Shown here one piece after another: positions 36,315-51,500 of a DNA stretch of 64,000 nt (the stretch's first letter is position 1; the number at the start of each line of letters is the position of its first letter). The stretch lies in NCBI GenBank assembly GCA_964016885.1, contig OZ024744.1:61690001-61754000 (forward strand), given 5' to 3'. The notes beneath the pieces are model-generated. The model was not told where the DNA came from. It saw nothing but the letters and a program-made list of their open reading frames with translations, and searched no databases. Origin of the DNA: Eledone cirrhosa (lineage: Eukaryota). The translations under genes and the position numbers were made by a program.

Positions 36315-39222
36315 TCAGGGTTGCCACACTTAATGTTGGCACTGTGGTGAGATAGTGGAGATGCTAGAGAGAAGAGATGTGGATATGTGCTGCATGCAAG
36401 AGGTGAGATGGAGAGGTGCCTCTGCAAGACTAATCACAGGCAAACAGCTTAGCTATAAGATTCTCTGGGTAAGAAACGATGATGAGTTAGGTATGGTAGG
36501 CATTCTACTGGCCAAAAGTGGATTGACAAGACAATAGAGGTAGTTAGAGTAAGTAATAGAATCATCAAGATTAAATTAGTTTTAGGAAATAGACTGCTGA
36601 CAATTCTCTCTACCTATGCTCTCCAAGCGGGACTAGGTAAAGAAGAGAAGGACCGCTTTTATGAGTGACTTCTATAAACAAACATAGTGACAGAGGACAG
36701 AGACCTAGGCATACTAGCAAGTGACTTCAATGGTCATGTTGGACAGCTCCACTGGGGTACATGGTGGTCATGGTTATGGCTCCAGAAACAAAAAAAGTAA
36801 GGCTTCTTGAATGTTGTGATGCAAGTGAACTAACCATTTGCAACACTAACTTCAGGAAACCTGCCAATCACCTAATGACCTACCAATCAGGTGAACACAT
36901 AAGCCAAATTGACTTCTTGCTAGTTAGGCAACGAGACAGACAGATGATTACAAATACTAAGACATACCCTGGAGAAGAATGCATCCTCCAACATAAGTTA
37001 GCTGTTAGTAACATCTCAATAAACAGGAGGCAGAATGAGACACACAGGAAGGTATGGAAAAGGAAGGTCTGGAAGCTAAAAGACCTTTCACTTAAATATA
37101 GGTTTAGGAAAGCCCTATGAGATGTGTATGATGAAAGAGAAGACGAATTAGATTTATATGATATAGACAACAACTGGAAGTTCTTGCGTGACAACCTACT
37201 GCATGCAACTAAAGAGACTTGTGACTGGAGCAGCATGGTAGATAGAGCCATTAAAGACAAAAGACAAGCATGTAAGGATTGGAAAAATGGGGTGAGTAGA
37301 GATCGGTACTCAGCTGCTAAAAGAGAGCCTAGATGTACAAAGCATGCAGGGAAGCTGAGAGTTGGAGGTTTATTAATGTTTTGCAACAAGAAGATCAGAG
37401 ATGTACGGTGTTCCACATTGCAAGGCAGTGTGTCAGTGTAAATCAGGATGTTGTTGGAGATAAGTGTGTCTGAAATGATGTTGGTGTACTTAGCATCACT
37501 GATGATCAGAAAAAGGAGGCCTGGAAATGTCATTATGAGAGACTGATGAATGTTGAGAATGAATGGGAGAGAAACTACTCCCAGCAGACCCAACGGAGGG
37601 ACCAGCTATTAAGGTTGATGACTATAGGATCAAAGAAGCAATTAAAGAAATGAAAAGTGGTAAGGCCGCTGGACCGTCAGTCGCTGAGATGTTCAAAACA
37701 TCAAGAGAAGTAGGAATTAAACTGGTTGCACGCATAATGAATCAAGTAACATATGGCAGAGTCATCCCAAAAATTGGTATAGCAGTATACTTGTTAATTG
37801 TTACAAATGTAAAGGGGATACTCTGGAGAATAGCAATTATAAGGGCATAAAACTGATGGATCAGGTTATGAAAGTGACTGAAAGAGTGCTAGCACAACTA
37901 ATTGGAGAAAGAGTAAAATTAGATGAGATAGTTTGGTTTTGTACCCAGGAAAAGTAAAACAGATGCTCTCTTCTTAGTGAGACAACTGCAAGAAGAATAA
38001 ACCACTATATTTAACTTTTGTTGACGTAGAGAAGGTATTTGATAGAGTACCCCGATCTGTCATCTGGTGGTCCCTAAGGAAACTAGGTGTAAAGGAATGA
38101 CTTGTGAGGACAGTGCAAGCAATGTACAGAGGAGCTATCAGTAAAGTGAGAGTAGGAATGGAGTTTAGTGAGGAATTCCAGATACAAGTAGGAGTACATC
38201 AGGGTTCGGTCCTCAGCCCACATCCATTCATTATAGTTCTCCAAGCCTCAACAGAGGGGTTTAAGATTGGCTGCACATGGGAACTTCTCTATGTTGATGA
38301 TCTGGTACTTATAGCAGAATCAGTAGAGGAGCTAGAGAATAAATTCTGGCTGTGGAAACAACAGTTGGAATCAAGGGGACAGAGTGAACCTAGCAAAGAC
38401 TAAAGAGTTGATAAGTGGGAAAGAAAAGACTCTGATTCCATCAGGAAAATGGCCATGTTCGATATGTAGAAAAGGAGTTGGCACAAACTCTATAGAATGT
38501 ACACAATGCAGATCTTGGGTACACGAGGTTCAGTGGGATAGCAGGCAAGCTAACAGGAAAGGAAAACTTCATATGTACTAGATGTTCAGGGGAAATTGAT
38601 AGTAGAAGTGTCAGTAATAGGCACATTTTCAAATGCAAGTAGGATCTATAGAGGTGGTTGATAGCTTCCAATATCAAATTATCTAGGGAGGAGGATTCTC
38701 TGAGGCCATAATATCTGGAATAAGGACAGGATGGAAGAAGCTTAAGGAGCTGCTGCTTCTGTTGACAATGAAGGGTTTCTCTCTGCGGACAAATGGTCAG
38801 TTGTATAATGCCTGTGTAAGATGTGCGATGCTGCATGGTAGTGAGACATGGACAGAAACTGCAGAGGATATGTGAAGACTGGAGAGAAATGCAGCAAGCA
38901 TGCTCCAATGGATGTGCAATATCAGTGTGCGTGAATGACCAAGCATGGACGAGTTTAGAGGGAAATTGTGTATAAGGGGGATAAACTGTAGTGTGCGGGA
39001 AAGATGATTGCATTGATATGACCATGTGATGCACATGACTGATGACCACTGAGTGAAGAAGTGCCAAGTAATCCCAGTGGAAGGAAGACCATGGCAAACA
39101 GAGGCAGAGGTGGTGAGAGCTGACCTCAGATCGCTGAGAGGGACCGTGATGGATGGAGAGTTGTTGTGCCGAAGAGGACCCGTCCCACACTTGTAAGCAG
39201 GGAAACGTGGACGTAAAATGAT
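36315..39222 (+). mobile_element. RTE/BovB LINE, near full-length, decayed (APE + RT)
   Basis: CMQEVRW, DFNGHVG, SQIDFLLV, GVHQGSVLSP, LLYVDDL, PSGKWPC, MLHGSETW; 3' tail cccgtcccac..ggacgtaaaatga. Confidence 0.92.
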
Positions 39223-39827
39223 ATATATATAAATACACCAACATAGACATATGAGGGAGTCCAACCAATACCACTTTTTCTCAATGAAGGAATTAATAAA
39301 AGTCAATTAGTCAGAGCATAATAGAGTTATAGCTGGAAAAAGTAAACATTATTGCTCCCTTATGGTTGAGTAAACAATTTGGCTGAATTGGACTGCTTCT
39401 TCTAGCAACCCTGTTACTTGCCATTGTCCACCTACTGCTGCCCTTCTATTGATTGTAAATGCCCTAATAATTTTGCAGTCAGGACATCGAAGTAAATTGG
39501 TAAATATTTTCATCTTGTTTACTTTTCCCAAATATAATTTAATTATACACATATATCATCATCAACATCATTATCATCACTGTTTAACATCCATTTTTAC
39601 CACACTAACATGTGTTAGACAAGTTGTCCTGTTGTGAGATAGGCCAGGTCAGGTGACCATGTCTTGCTCATACAGAACTGAGTTTGGCTTGGTTTCCACA
39701 GCTTGAATGTCTTTAACACCAACCATATTTAGTACTGGGTGTTTTTTGTCAAAACACAAGACACCAACACGGCCATATTTACATTGTGGGCTAGGTGCTT
39801 TTTGTAGTGACACCTACACAACTACTA

Positions 39828-40930
39828 TACATAAAAAATGTAGTGGGATCACAAGAAAGCTTTCTATGAACATAGATTTTATATGTGGCCGATGCTCAGG
39901 TGCAGTAGGTAGCAAGTGCCCACTGGATTCTAGCTCCTTCAACTACCTAGATGGTTCTATAGAAATAGTAGACACTTTCCATTACCTGGGTGACAAAATC
40001 AGCAGTGGTGGAGGGTGTTCTGAAAGTACAGTAGCCAGAGTTAGAATTGGATGGAAAAAGATCAGAGAGCTAATACTGCTGTTGGCCACAAAAGGTTTTT
40101 CTAAAAATGAAAGGCAGATTGTATGATGCCTGTATACGAACAGCAATGTTACATGGCAGTGAGACCTGGGCATTGTGTGCAGAGGATCTGTACATATTGG
40201 AAAGGAACGAAGCATGCATGCTCCGATGTATGTGTAATAGTAATATACACGAATGGCAAAATGTAAACAAACTAAGTGAGAAATTAGGAATAAAAGGGAT
40301 CAGATTCAGTTTACTTGATAGGAGATTACGTTGGTATGGTAATGTGATGCGTATGAAGGACGACGACTGTTGTATAAAAAAGTGCAGGGCAATCAAAATT
40401 GATGGAAGGTACAGAGTAAGTAGACCTAGAAAAACCTGGGACAAGGTGATAAAAACTGACCTTGCACATTTACACCTCTTTAAGACAATGTCACTAGATT
40501 TGGGCTATGCAGTAATACAGAAGACCTGCCTTCCCTTACGTACAAACTTAAACCCACAGTCAGTAGGCACCTCTTAACCAACTATACACCCCACACCACA
40601 CCCATACTCCATCCTCCCACTTCCTCCTACACCACCGTTTCTCTGTAAAGTTATGTTGGTACCACAGAAGATCCAGTCCATACTGTAAAGTGGTCATGTA
40701 GGTGTCACAATAAAAAGCATCCAGTCTACACTGTAAAGTGGTTGTGTAGGAGACATGGTATAAAAGCTTCCAGTCCATACTGTACATGTGGTTGGTGTTA
40801 GGAAGGGAATCCAGCCAGAAACAGTTCTATACAAACGAGACACGGTCACCCAACCAATCTTGCCTCAAGCGGGTCAAACCTGTCAAATCCATGCTAGCGT
40901 GGAAGATGGATGTTAAACGATGATGATGAT
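39828..40930 (+). mobile_element. 5'-truncated RTE with 3' repeat/Meta-like module
   Basis: KGRLYDACIRTAMLHGSETW..RLRWYG..RPRKTW, then the same 3' module as 51640-52035. Confidence 0.88.
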
Positions 40931-40950
40931 GTAGATATATATATATATAT

Positions 40951-42144
40951 TAGCTGGCCTGTCCGGCTGGTGCCCGGCTAGGTATACCGGCATTTTATCT
41001 TTTCAGGATTCCAGTGCAAAGATACCGCACGCCCTTTCAAGTGTGTGTGTGTGTGTGGGGGGGGGGGGGGTAAGGTGCTCTGATGTTGGGTTTGAATAAT
41101 TTTTAGGATTCCCCAGTTCAGCAGCCAGTACATTAAAGAAAATTGATAGTTACAACAATAAAGGCTGAACAGAGAAATTTTTTAACAAACTTTACAATAA
41201 TTTGTACAACCATAATGGAAATTCCAAGTAACAGAAAATACATAAATTACATTGTTAGAGCCTCAGAGTATACAATATTTTTTGTTCGGCCCTCGGGAGC
41301 AAAGATGAAGAGATTGTTTGGTGAGCTCACCCTAGAGCATCCTACATACAATTGACCATGTGAGAAGCATGGTTTTCCAAGATGAAGGCCAGCCACTCTT
41401 AGGGTTTGACCCTGAGCTTTGTTTGTGGTAATGGCAAAGCTTAGTCTCTCTGTTGCTCTAGTAACATTTTTCCTTCTAGAAAATCTGATCTTGTGGCCAG
41501 GGTGGGACTTTTGGGTGGCATATTGGCAGTAACAATGACGATAAGCCGTCTGAGCTTTCATGAAATAAATACGTTTGTTTATATTTTGTTTTTGTGTATG
41601 CAAAAATATCTGTACACGAATATATAATTATATATATATATTCAAATAACAGATTAAAGTTTAAGCAAAGATTTTCTGCTTTCACCCTTAACGGGATCTT
41701 CTGAAACTAAAAAAATCAATCTATGAACTCAGGGGTAAATATTTCGAAAAACGTTGCAACCGAAGGAAAACAGGAAGACAATACTTTGGTTCGTGAAGAC
41801 AGACAGATATTATAAACATGCGACGTTATAGCTATGTATCTAATGCAGACAGCCACACATACAGAGACATATTATAGCTATGTATCTATCTAAAAAAGAC
41901 AGACTAAGAAAGAGAGGGGAATGTCGTATAACTGGAAGTGTGACATTTGAAAATTTTAAAGAAGTGAATATTTAAATAAACAATGAAATATCTTTAATCT
42001 TTTAACGAAATTTAGAAGACAAAAATACCCTCACTTTCTTACTTGGAAAAAGTTACATCTATGGTGCAAATTTGGTGCTGTTTGGTCCAGCCGCTTGGCG
42101 AAAAGTTTGTTAGATACATACGGCCGTCAGCTTTATAATATAGA
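40951..42144 (-). mobile_element. Internally deleted Helitron with Pif1 helicase C-terminus
   Basis: FAITTNKAQGQTL..GLHL..PCFSHGQLYVGCSRV..TKNIVY (41247-41460); minus-strand 5' TCTATATTATAAAG and 3' GC hairpin followed by CTA(A). Confidence 0.85.
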
Positions 42145-42539
42145 TATATCATCATTATCATCATCATCATCATCATCATTTAATGTCTATTTTTCCATGC
42201 TTGCATGTGTTAGACTGGTTGTCATTTTATGAGACAAGTCATGTCCAGAAATCACATTTTGCTCATACAGATCTGTATTTGACTTGTTTTCAATGGCTGG
42301 ATACCCTTCCTAATGCCAGCCACATTTACAGTATGGACTGGGTGCATTTTGTTGTGTTACCAACACGACCTCTTTATAGTATGGACTGGATGGTTTTTGC
42401 CATGGTACCAAAACGACCACTTTACAGTGTTGACTGGGGTCTGGGATATTCATAGTTACACCTTCTGTTTACCCGTGCTTGGTTGAATTTCTTCACTTTG
42501 ACATTCAGAACACTGGGCACAAATCATATCACATCTATC

Positions 42540-43030
42540 GGCCAGCTATGGGATGCTATGTTTTAATTAGTTGGATCCCTCCTCGCCATTCTAGTTCTGA
42601 GTCAAACCTTCGTCGCTGGCCAAAAAGGATGTTGCATGTCATGGCAAGCCTGCTGCTGGGAAATGGATGGAGAAAAATACTGACATGTTAACAAGCCTGA
42701 AGCTGTGTTACGTCATGGTGTCTTGGGTGTGGAGCCATATTGTTTGTGCTCACAATGTACCAAATATTGCAAAAAGACACCACATACTGCTGCTCATTTC
42801 CGATGAGAAAATAATGAGGAGCAGCCGCAGATGGCACGCAATAGACTGAATAATGAGAAGAAAACAAATGGGGGAAAAAAAGACGAGAAAAGGGCTGCCA
42901 CACGCACGCAAATATACCTGCTGCTCTCCTCCTCCTCCTCCTCAGCAAAGAAGAGAAAAAGAAAAGTGACAAAGAAGACCAAAGTATGCAGCACTTCTTG
43001 TGGAAGCCCTCGTGCCTCACCACCTTCTCT
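42540..43030 (+). mobile_element. Decayed piggyBac-like transposase C-terminal fragment
   Basis: GCYVL..HSS...RRWPKRM resembles the GGVD.LD..YS..RRWP motif; KTKVCSTSCGSP resembles the Cys-rich tail. Confidence 0.45.
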
Positions 43031-43299
43031 CGCCTGTCAAAACTACTGAGGATTGACGACAACAGCAACACAACTAACCTTCCACCGCTGCCCACCAAAA
43101 GAGGAAAAGAAAACAAAATAAATGATGCAAACTGGCCACCCAACTGACACTCAGATGTTGAGTCTAACTCAATGCTACAGTCCCATACGGATTCATCACT
43201 TTGTGTACAGACATGCTGTGACTAACTGTCCCTGCCCTGTCTCTCCGCAAGCAGAGCTGCAGTGAGAAAGGACAGATGACAATGACAACACACACACAG

Positions 43300-43512
43300 C
43301 TTGACTGACCTAGTCTTTGGAGCTAATCCTTCTTCCGATGGTACGGATCTATTTTGGCCACTTCCTTTACCTACATTGACGCTATCGACGAGAGGCTGTA
43401 CACCTTGGAGACCTGCTGTGAATGGTAGGTATGAATGAACTCGAGAGCTGTGAATCGTTAAGGACTCAAATTTTCCAGGGCTGCCAAGAGCGGACCAGAT
43501 GCCACCCGAGAT
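43300..43512 (-). pseudogene. Decayed 28S rRNA fragment
   Basis: gagctaatccttcttccga..tacggatct..acttcctttacctacattg..gagaggctgtacaccttggagacctgctg is the reverse complement of a conserved LSU rRNA segment, with many substitutions. Confidence 0.85.
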
Positions 43513-43568
<56 letters not shown>

Positions 43569-43840
43569 AAGATATATGGATATATGTTTAACTAAGCACA
43601 CACATGCTTTCTCTCAAAATAAAATATTGTTTCAAATTCTTTCTCTTCCTCTTGTCTATCTTTCTATAAATTTTATCTTTCATTATATCTTCTGATGAAA
43701 CTAATATCCAAAACGTCAAGACTCTTTTCCTACTACATCAAACATTAAACTAATATATATCTTCATTGTATTGTATTGTTTTCTTGTATTTTTTAGCCCT
43801 TTACTTTTTCAAATGTATATATATATATATATATATATAT

Positions 43841-44866
43841 ATTTAATACAATAACAGAGATAGTTTAAAGCTAAACTCCGACTGGTAACCATCTCACTCA
43901 ACAAACATTAGGTTATATTAAAATATAAACCCAATTTAAGTGTTTGGGGTGCTAACAATATGTATAATGTGGAAAAACCAGTTGTATTATTTTATGAGAT
44001 ATAATTAAAGTTAAAGTATATCTCTCTTTCCAAACAATTGTTTCATTATAAGTTTTCTACAAGTTTGGGAGAATGTTTCCAGTTTATGTAGAAGCCTAAT
44101 ATATATTCATGTAAGAATATATTTAGGTGGGCACTTATAAATCATCAGTGGAAGCCCATTAAACATTGATATAAGAAAACAATTTCTTACCGCTGTCAAA
44201 AATCATGTCCGTAAAGTTGTTCTCTCTCACCTCGAATGACCGCCAAATTTGAAATTCCAGCAGTTTTTGACTGAGGAAGTATCATAGCGACACGAAGCGG
44301 GAAGGGGAGACAACCCACGATCCACGAAATGAGGAAAAAAAATAATATACACGCGGGTTAATTAGTTTTTTTGAAAACATTATCAATCCAACGTGTTTAA
44401 GAACTCAATTGAAAATAAAAAAATAAATATATGCTTGTATAAATTACACACGCATATAGATATTTTCTTAGGCTAAATCAGAAGTTGTACCCGAATAAGA
44501 ACCGCTTCTCATAACCGCAGTAAATGCAGAAAGTTATGCTATAAAGGGCAAATGGGAATATAATTCTCCGGCCGAATTATTAAGAGTAAAATATAAAACA
44601 CACGCGGGTTAATTAGTTATTCCAAAACCAATATTAATTCCTCGTGTAAAGAACTCAATTAATAAAAGAAAATAAATACATATATGCGTGTAATTATATA
44701 CGTAGGCATATATATATATTTTCCTAGGCTAAAAAACAGAGAAGTTACAACCAAAAAAAGCCGCAATATTTCACAACAGTAATAAATACGGAAAGTCAAA
44801 TTCATAAGGTACCTGGAAATAAACACCTCTGGCCAATCAAGAGTAAATATTTAATACAATAACAGA
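43841..44866. repeat. About 1-kb non-coding element with 18-bp terminal direct repeats and two internal about 250-bp tandem units, inside (TA)n
   Basis: ATTTAATACAATAACAGA at 43841 and 44849; ACACGCGGGTTAATTAG at about 44349 and 44600. Confidence 0.75.
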
Positions 44867-45124
44867 TATATATATATATATATATATAGTTATTTAATAA
44901 ACAACATAAGATAATTAATTCATTTAGCACTGGTAAAGGTATTAATTATCTTATGTTGTTTATTACATAACTATATATATAGTTATGTAATAAACAACAT
45001 AAGATAATTAATTCATTTACCACTGGTAAATGAATTAATTATCTTATGTTGTTTATTACATAAAAAGCTCTGTAGCCTACATAGAGCACTCTCTTTTCCT
45101 TTACCTTTCCTATGGAAATACTTC

Positions 45125-46550
<1,426 letters not shown>

Positions 46551-46551
46551 A

Positions 46552-47455
46552 AAGAGAAGCCCAGGTCTTACTACCATGTAACATTGCTGTTTGTATGCAC
46601 GCATCATACAGTCTGCCTTTCATTTTGAGGGAAAAGCCTTTTGCAGCGAGCAGTGGTAGTAGCTCCCTGAACTTCTTCCATCTCGTTCTTCTCCTGGTTA
46701 CTGTACTTTCAGAACACCCATTTCCGCTGCTAATTTGGTCACCTAGGTAGCAGAAACTGTCTACTGTTTCTACCAAGCCCTCCCAGAGTTTGGTGGTACT
46801 TGTTTCCTGTGGCTGTTTGCTGCTTACTGTCCTGCTACATGTAAAGCCTACATTCTTAACTAAGCTTCCTGAGATCCCACTGTGTACCCATAGTTTGCAT
46901 TTGGGGCAGAGGATGGAATTCTTACCTACACCTTTCCTACATACTGAGCAAGGCCATTTCCCTGAGGGGATCTGGGTTCTGTTTTCTCTTCTACTTACGG
47001 CGACCATAGTCTTTGACAGGTTGACTTTGAGACCCCTTCTTTCTCGTCCCTGCTTCCATGTTTGGAATTTCTTCTTTAGTTCCACCATAGATTCAGCTAT
47101 AAGTGTAAGATCATCCACATACAGAAGTTTCCATGGGCATCCGGTCTTAAACTCCTCTGTTATAGCCTGCAATACTATAATAAACAGGAGAGGACTAAGA
47201 ACAGAGCCCTGGTGGACCCCAACCTATACGCTAAATTCCTCGCTATAGTCATTGCTAACCCTAACTTTGCTGACTGCTCCCCTATACATGGCTTGTACAG
47301 CTTTCACAAGCCATTCATCCACTCCTAGTTTTCTAAAAGCCCACCAGATTATAGCACGGAGGACTCTGTCAAAGGCTTTTCCAGATCGACAAATACCAGG
47401 TAGAGCAGCTTACTTTTAGCTAGGTACTTTTCCTGTAATTGCCTCACAAGGAATA
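46552..47455 (-). mobile_element. RTE/BovB RT fragment, opposite orientation
   Basis: ORF 46357-47172: FKTGCPWKLLYVDDL..PSGKWPC..MLHGSKTW. Confidence 0.9.
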
Positions 47456-47759
47456 TATATATATATATCAAAATTATACAAACAAACTAATTGAAGAGGA
47501 GAGATAAGAGATTAGTTATGACAATGCTATGCCAGTAGTGAGGGGGACAGTATCGTCAATGCGTATTAGATGCAAGACAAGCGAACAATGTGAATAAACC
47601 AGAGAAATGATGTCAAGCAAAAAACTGTATAAGTAGAGCTTTAATATAGAAATTAAATGTTAGAGAAAACAATACCAAATTCTTGAACAATTCTATTTAA
47701 TTTCTCTCTCTCTCTCTTTCTCTCTCTCACTCTCTCTCTTTCTCTCTCTCACCCTCTCC

Positions 47760-47799
<40 letters not shown>

Positions 47800-47800
<1 letters not shown>

Positions 47801-48011
47801 AACGGAAAAAAATGAAACAATATTTCATTTCCCACTCTTAGTACGGCTGTTACTTAAATATAAGTATGTACACGTACACACATATATGCATACCGACGTA
47901 CAGTAGTATGTATACATATATATACATACATGCACACATATATATATGCACGTATGGATTCACCGAATATTTATTATAATGCTCGGTGTGTTTGTAAACA
48001 AACATCCCGTA
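47800..48011 (-). repeat. Partial copy of the 420-bp retrozyme-like family (no hammerhead)
   Basis: Reverse complement of about 13900-14108; flanked by (TA)n. Confidence 0.88.
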
Positions 48012-48026
48012 TATATATATATATAT

Positions 48027-48372
48027 GGAGGCACATGGCTTAGTGGTTAGAGCATTGGCCTTGCAATCGAAAGGTTGTGAGTTCAATTCTCAGACCGGGT
48101 GATGTGTTGTTTCCTTGAGCAAGACACTTTATTTCACATTGCTCCAGTTTACTCAGTTGTACAAATGAGATGATAGGGACTGGGTTCCCTATCATTCCAC
48201 TGCAAAGTGGACGTGTAGGCGCCACGGCAAAAAAAGCACCCAGCACTCACTGTAAATGAGGTTGGTGTTAGGAAGGGCATCCAGCTGTAAAAATCAAGCC
48301 AGAATTAGTTCCTGTCCCACCCTTGCAAGCAGGGAAAAAGCGGATGTAAAATGAAATGATGAAAATGAAATG
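48027..48372 (+). mobile_element. tRNA-derived SINE family B (V-like and Meta-like central domains, RTE 3' tail)
   Basis: A box TGGCTTAGTGG, B box GAGTTCAATTC, tccttgagcaagacactt, gttggtgttaggaagggcatccagc, tail shared with RTE at 39180-39220; copies at 52363-52700 (plus) and 58635-58982 (minus). Confidence 0.88.
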
Positions 48373-48574
48373 ATAACAATGAGGGTCTGGTAAGATACCA
48401 GAATAGTAGAGTGGGTAATATGAAAAGATTCAGGACTCCAACGACTGAGCTCCGGTCATTTTGACAGCTAGGTCCTAATAGATATAGCTGTTCAAACGTC
48501 CAGAGCTTAGCCATCGGGGTCCTGAATCGTTTCATATATATATATGAATACAAGGACCCCTCTTTATTTCAGAC

Positions 48575-51500
48575 ACGGATGACCAACATAATTCCGTCTC
48601 CCACACCCCTCCCTGCCCCTCCCATCCATCCCACCCTCCCAACTTCAGAGTTGGTACCATGAACGTAGGCACATTAAAAGGTTGCTCAAATGAGGTTGTA
48701 GAGATGCTTGAATGTAAAGAAGTTGATGTTTGTTGTATTCATCATGGGTAAAAAACGATGCTATAAACTTTTCTGCGTGGGAAATGGCAACGGACTGGGT
48801 GGTGTAGGAATTATGTTAGCTGAAAAATGGGTAGATAAGGTGATTGATGTAAATAGAGTGAATGACAGAATAATCAAAATAAGACTAGTTCTAAATAGAA
48901 CTACTGTGTCAATAATATCCGCTTATGCACCCCAATCTGGTCTACTTGGCGTTATAAAGGACAGGTTCTATGAGATGCACACTACCTCCCAAATAACCGA
49001 CAGCAACTACCTAATTATTGGTGGCGATCTAAATGGTCACGTTGGACAACATAGTGATGGCTATGATGGAATCCATGGAGGCTATGGGGTTGGAAGTAGA
49101 AATGAGGAGGGCTTCAAGATCCTGGAATTCTGTGACGCAAATAACCTAACTATCTGTAACACAAACTTCAAAAAACGTGAAAACCACTTGATCACCTATA
49201 GATCAGGGGAACACGCCAGCCAGGTAGATTATATCCTTACTAGAAGATGGGACAAAGTGTCTGTTGTAAACACTAAATCCCTCTCCCGTGAAGAATGCAC
49301 CTCCCAATATAGCCTAGTAGTTAGTGACCTCATAGTCAGGATTAGACGTACTCGACGACAGAGGAGGCCTACCTTGAGGAGAAGAATATGGAAGTTGAAG
49401 GACCCCACACCCAGTGAACAAATTTAAAAGCTTATTACTTGATGCCTTTGACAATAAGGAAGAGCAATTAGAGACATGCAATATAGAGGAACAGTGGCAA
49501 TTCTTGAAAGTGAACCTGCTGAAAGCAACAGATGAAATCTGTGGCTGGAGCAGACCTATTGGCAGGAAGAGAGTAACTTGGTGGTGGAACAGTAAGGTGG
49601 AGGAGACAATCAAGGCCAAAAAGCAGGCTTGGAAAGTATGACAGGATGGGGGAAGTAGAGAGCACTATCAAGTGGCCAGGAGAGAAGCTAGGAGACAAGT
49701 GCACCTTGCAAGAAGGGAAGCAGAGGTTAGAAAGTTCAAGCATGTTCTACAACGTGAGGACCAAAAACGTGAGGTGTTCAGGATTTCTAGACAATGTGTC
49801 AAGGAAAACTGTGATATTGTTGGGGAGAAGTGTGTCCGTAATGATAATGGTGTACTTGCCCTCACTGATGCTGATAAGAAGATAGCCTGGAAGTGTCACT
49901 ATGAGAGACTATTAAATGAGGAGAATAAATGGGAAAAAGATAGTCTGCCCCAAATCGATCCAATAGAGGGATCAGCGGTGCAAGTTAAAGGTAGTATAAT
50001 AAGTAAGGCAGTCAAAGATATGAAGACAGGCAAGGCAGCTGGGCCTTCGGAAATATTTGCTGAGATGTTGAAGGTATCTGGAATGGTAGGACATACTATG
50101 GTCACTCGTATAGTTAACCAAGTATTACAGAATTGGGTCATACCAAAAGACTGGCGTAGCTTCATCATCATTAACTGCTACAAGAATAAAGGGGATGCTC
50201 TAGAGGCATTAAGTTAGTTGACCAGGTCATGAAGGTCACAGAAAGAGTTATAGCGTAACTAATCAGAGAGCGAATTGATCTAGATGAAATGCAGTTTGGG
50301 TTTGTATCAGGTAAAAGTACCACAGATGCTCTTTTCCTTGTACGACAACAGGAGAAGTACCTAGCTAAAAGTAAACCCCTCTACTTAGTTTTTGTAGACC
50401 TGGAGAAAGCCTTTGACAGAGTCCCCTGCTCCATTATCTGGTGGGCTCTTAGAAAACTAGGTGTAGATGAATGACTTGTGAGAGCTATACAAACCATGTA
50501 TAAAGAAAGAGTCAGTAAGGTTAGAATTAACAACGAATATAGTGAAGAATTTAGTGTAAAAGTTGGTGTTCAACAAGGCTCTGTCCTTAGCCCCCTCCTA
50601 TTTATTATTGCTCTTCAGGCTATAACAGAGGAGTTCAAGACCAGCTGCCCATGGGAACTCCTATACGCAGATGATCTAACGCTCATAGCTGAATCAATGA
50701 CTGAATTAGAGAAGAAATTCCAAACATGGAAGCATGGCCTAGAATCAAAAAGCCTTAAAGTTAACTTGTCTAAGACTAAAGTTCTAGTTTGTAGAAAGGA
50801 AAATAGGGCACAGGTGCCCTCAGGGAAATGGCCATGCTCAGTGTGTAGGAAAGGAGTAAGCAGAAATTCCATTTTATGTCCCAAACGCAAAGTATGGGTA
50901 CATAAAAGATGTAGTGGGATCACAGGTAAACTATCTAAGAATGTAGACTTTATATGTGGCCGATGCTCAGGTGCAATAAGTAGCAAGTGTCCACAGGATA
51001 CTAGCTCCTTCTATTGCCCAGATGGTTCTATAGAAATAGTAGACACTTTCCGTTACCTGCGGTAACGAAATCAGTAGTGGCGGAGGGTGCTCAGAAAGTA
51101 CAGTAACCAGAGTAAAAACGGGATGGAAAAAGTTCAGAGCTTATACCGCTGTTGGCCACAAAAGGTTTCTCTCTAAAAATGAAAGGCAGATTGTGTGATG
51201 CCTGTATACGAACAGCAATGCTGCATGGCAGTGAGACATGGGCATTACGTGCAGAGGACCTGCGCAGACTGGAAAGGAACGAAGCATGCATGCTCCGTTG
51301 GATGTGTAATAGTAATACAGGTGAACGGCAAAGCATAAATGAACTAAGGGAGAAATTAGGAATAAGAGGGATCAGATGCTCTTTACTTGAGAGAAGACTA
51401 CGTTGGTATGGTCACGTGATGCGCATGAAAGATGACAGCTGTATAAAAAAGTGCAGGGCGATCAAAATTGATGGTAGTTACGGAGTAGGTAGACCCAGAA

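Noticed and set aside
36315-39222. In-frame TGA codons as selenocysteine or recoding
   Set aside because: Stops coincide with frameshifts and CpG/TGG decay at conserved Arg/Trp positions; ordinary pseudogenisation
48027-48100. tRNA gene
   Set aside because: A and B boxes continue into a SINE body repeated three times; no complete cloverleaf
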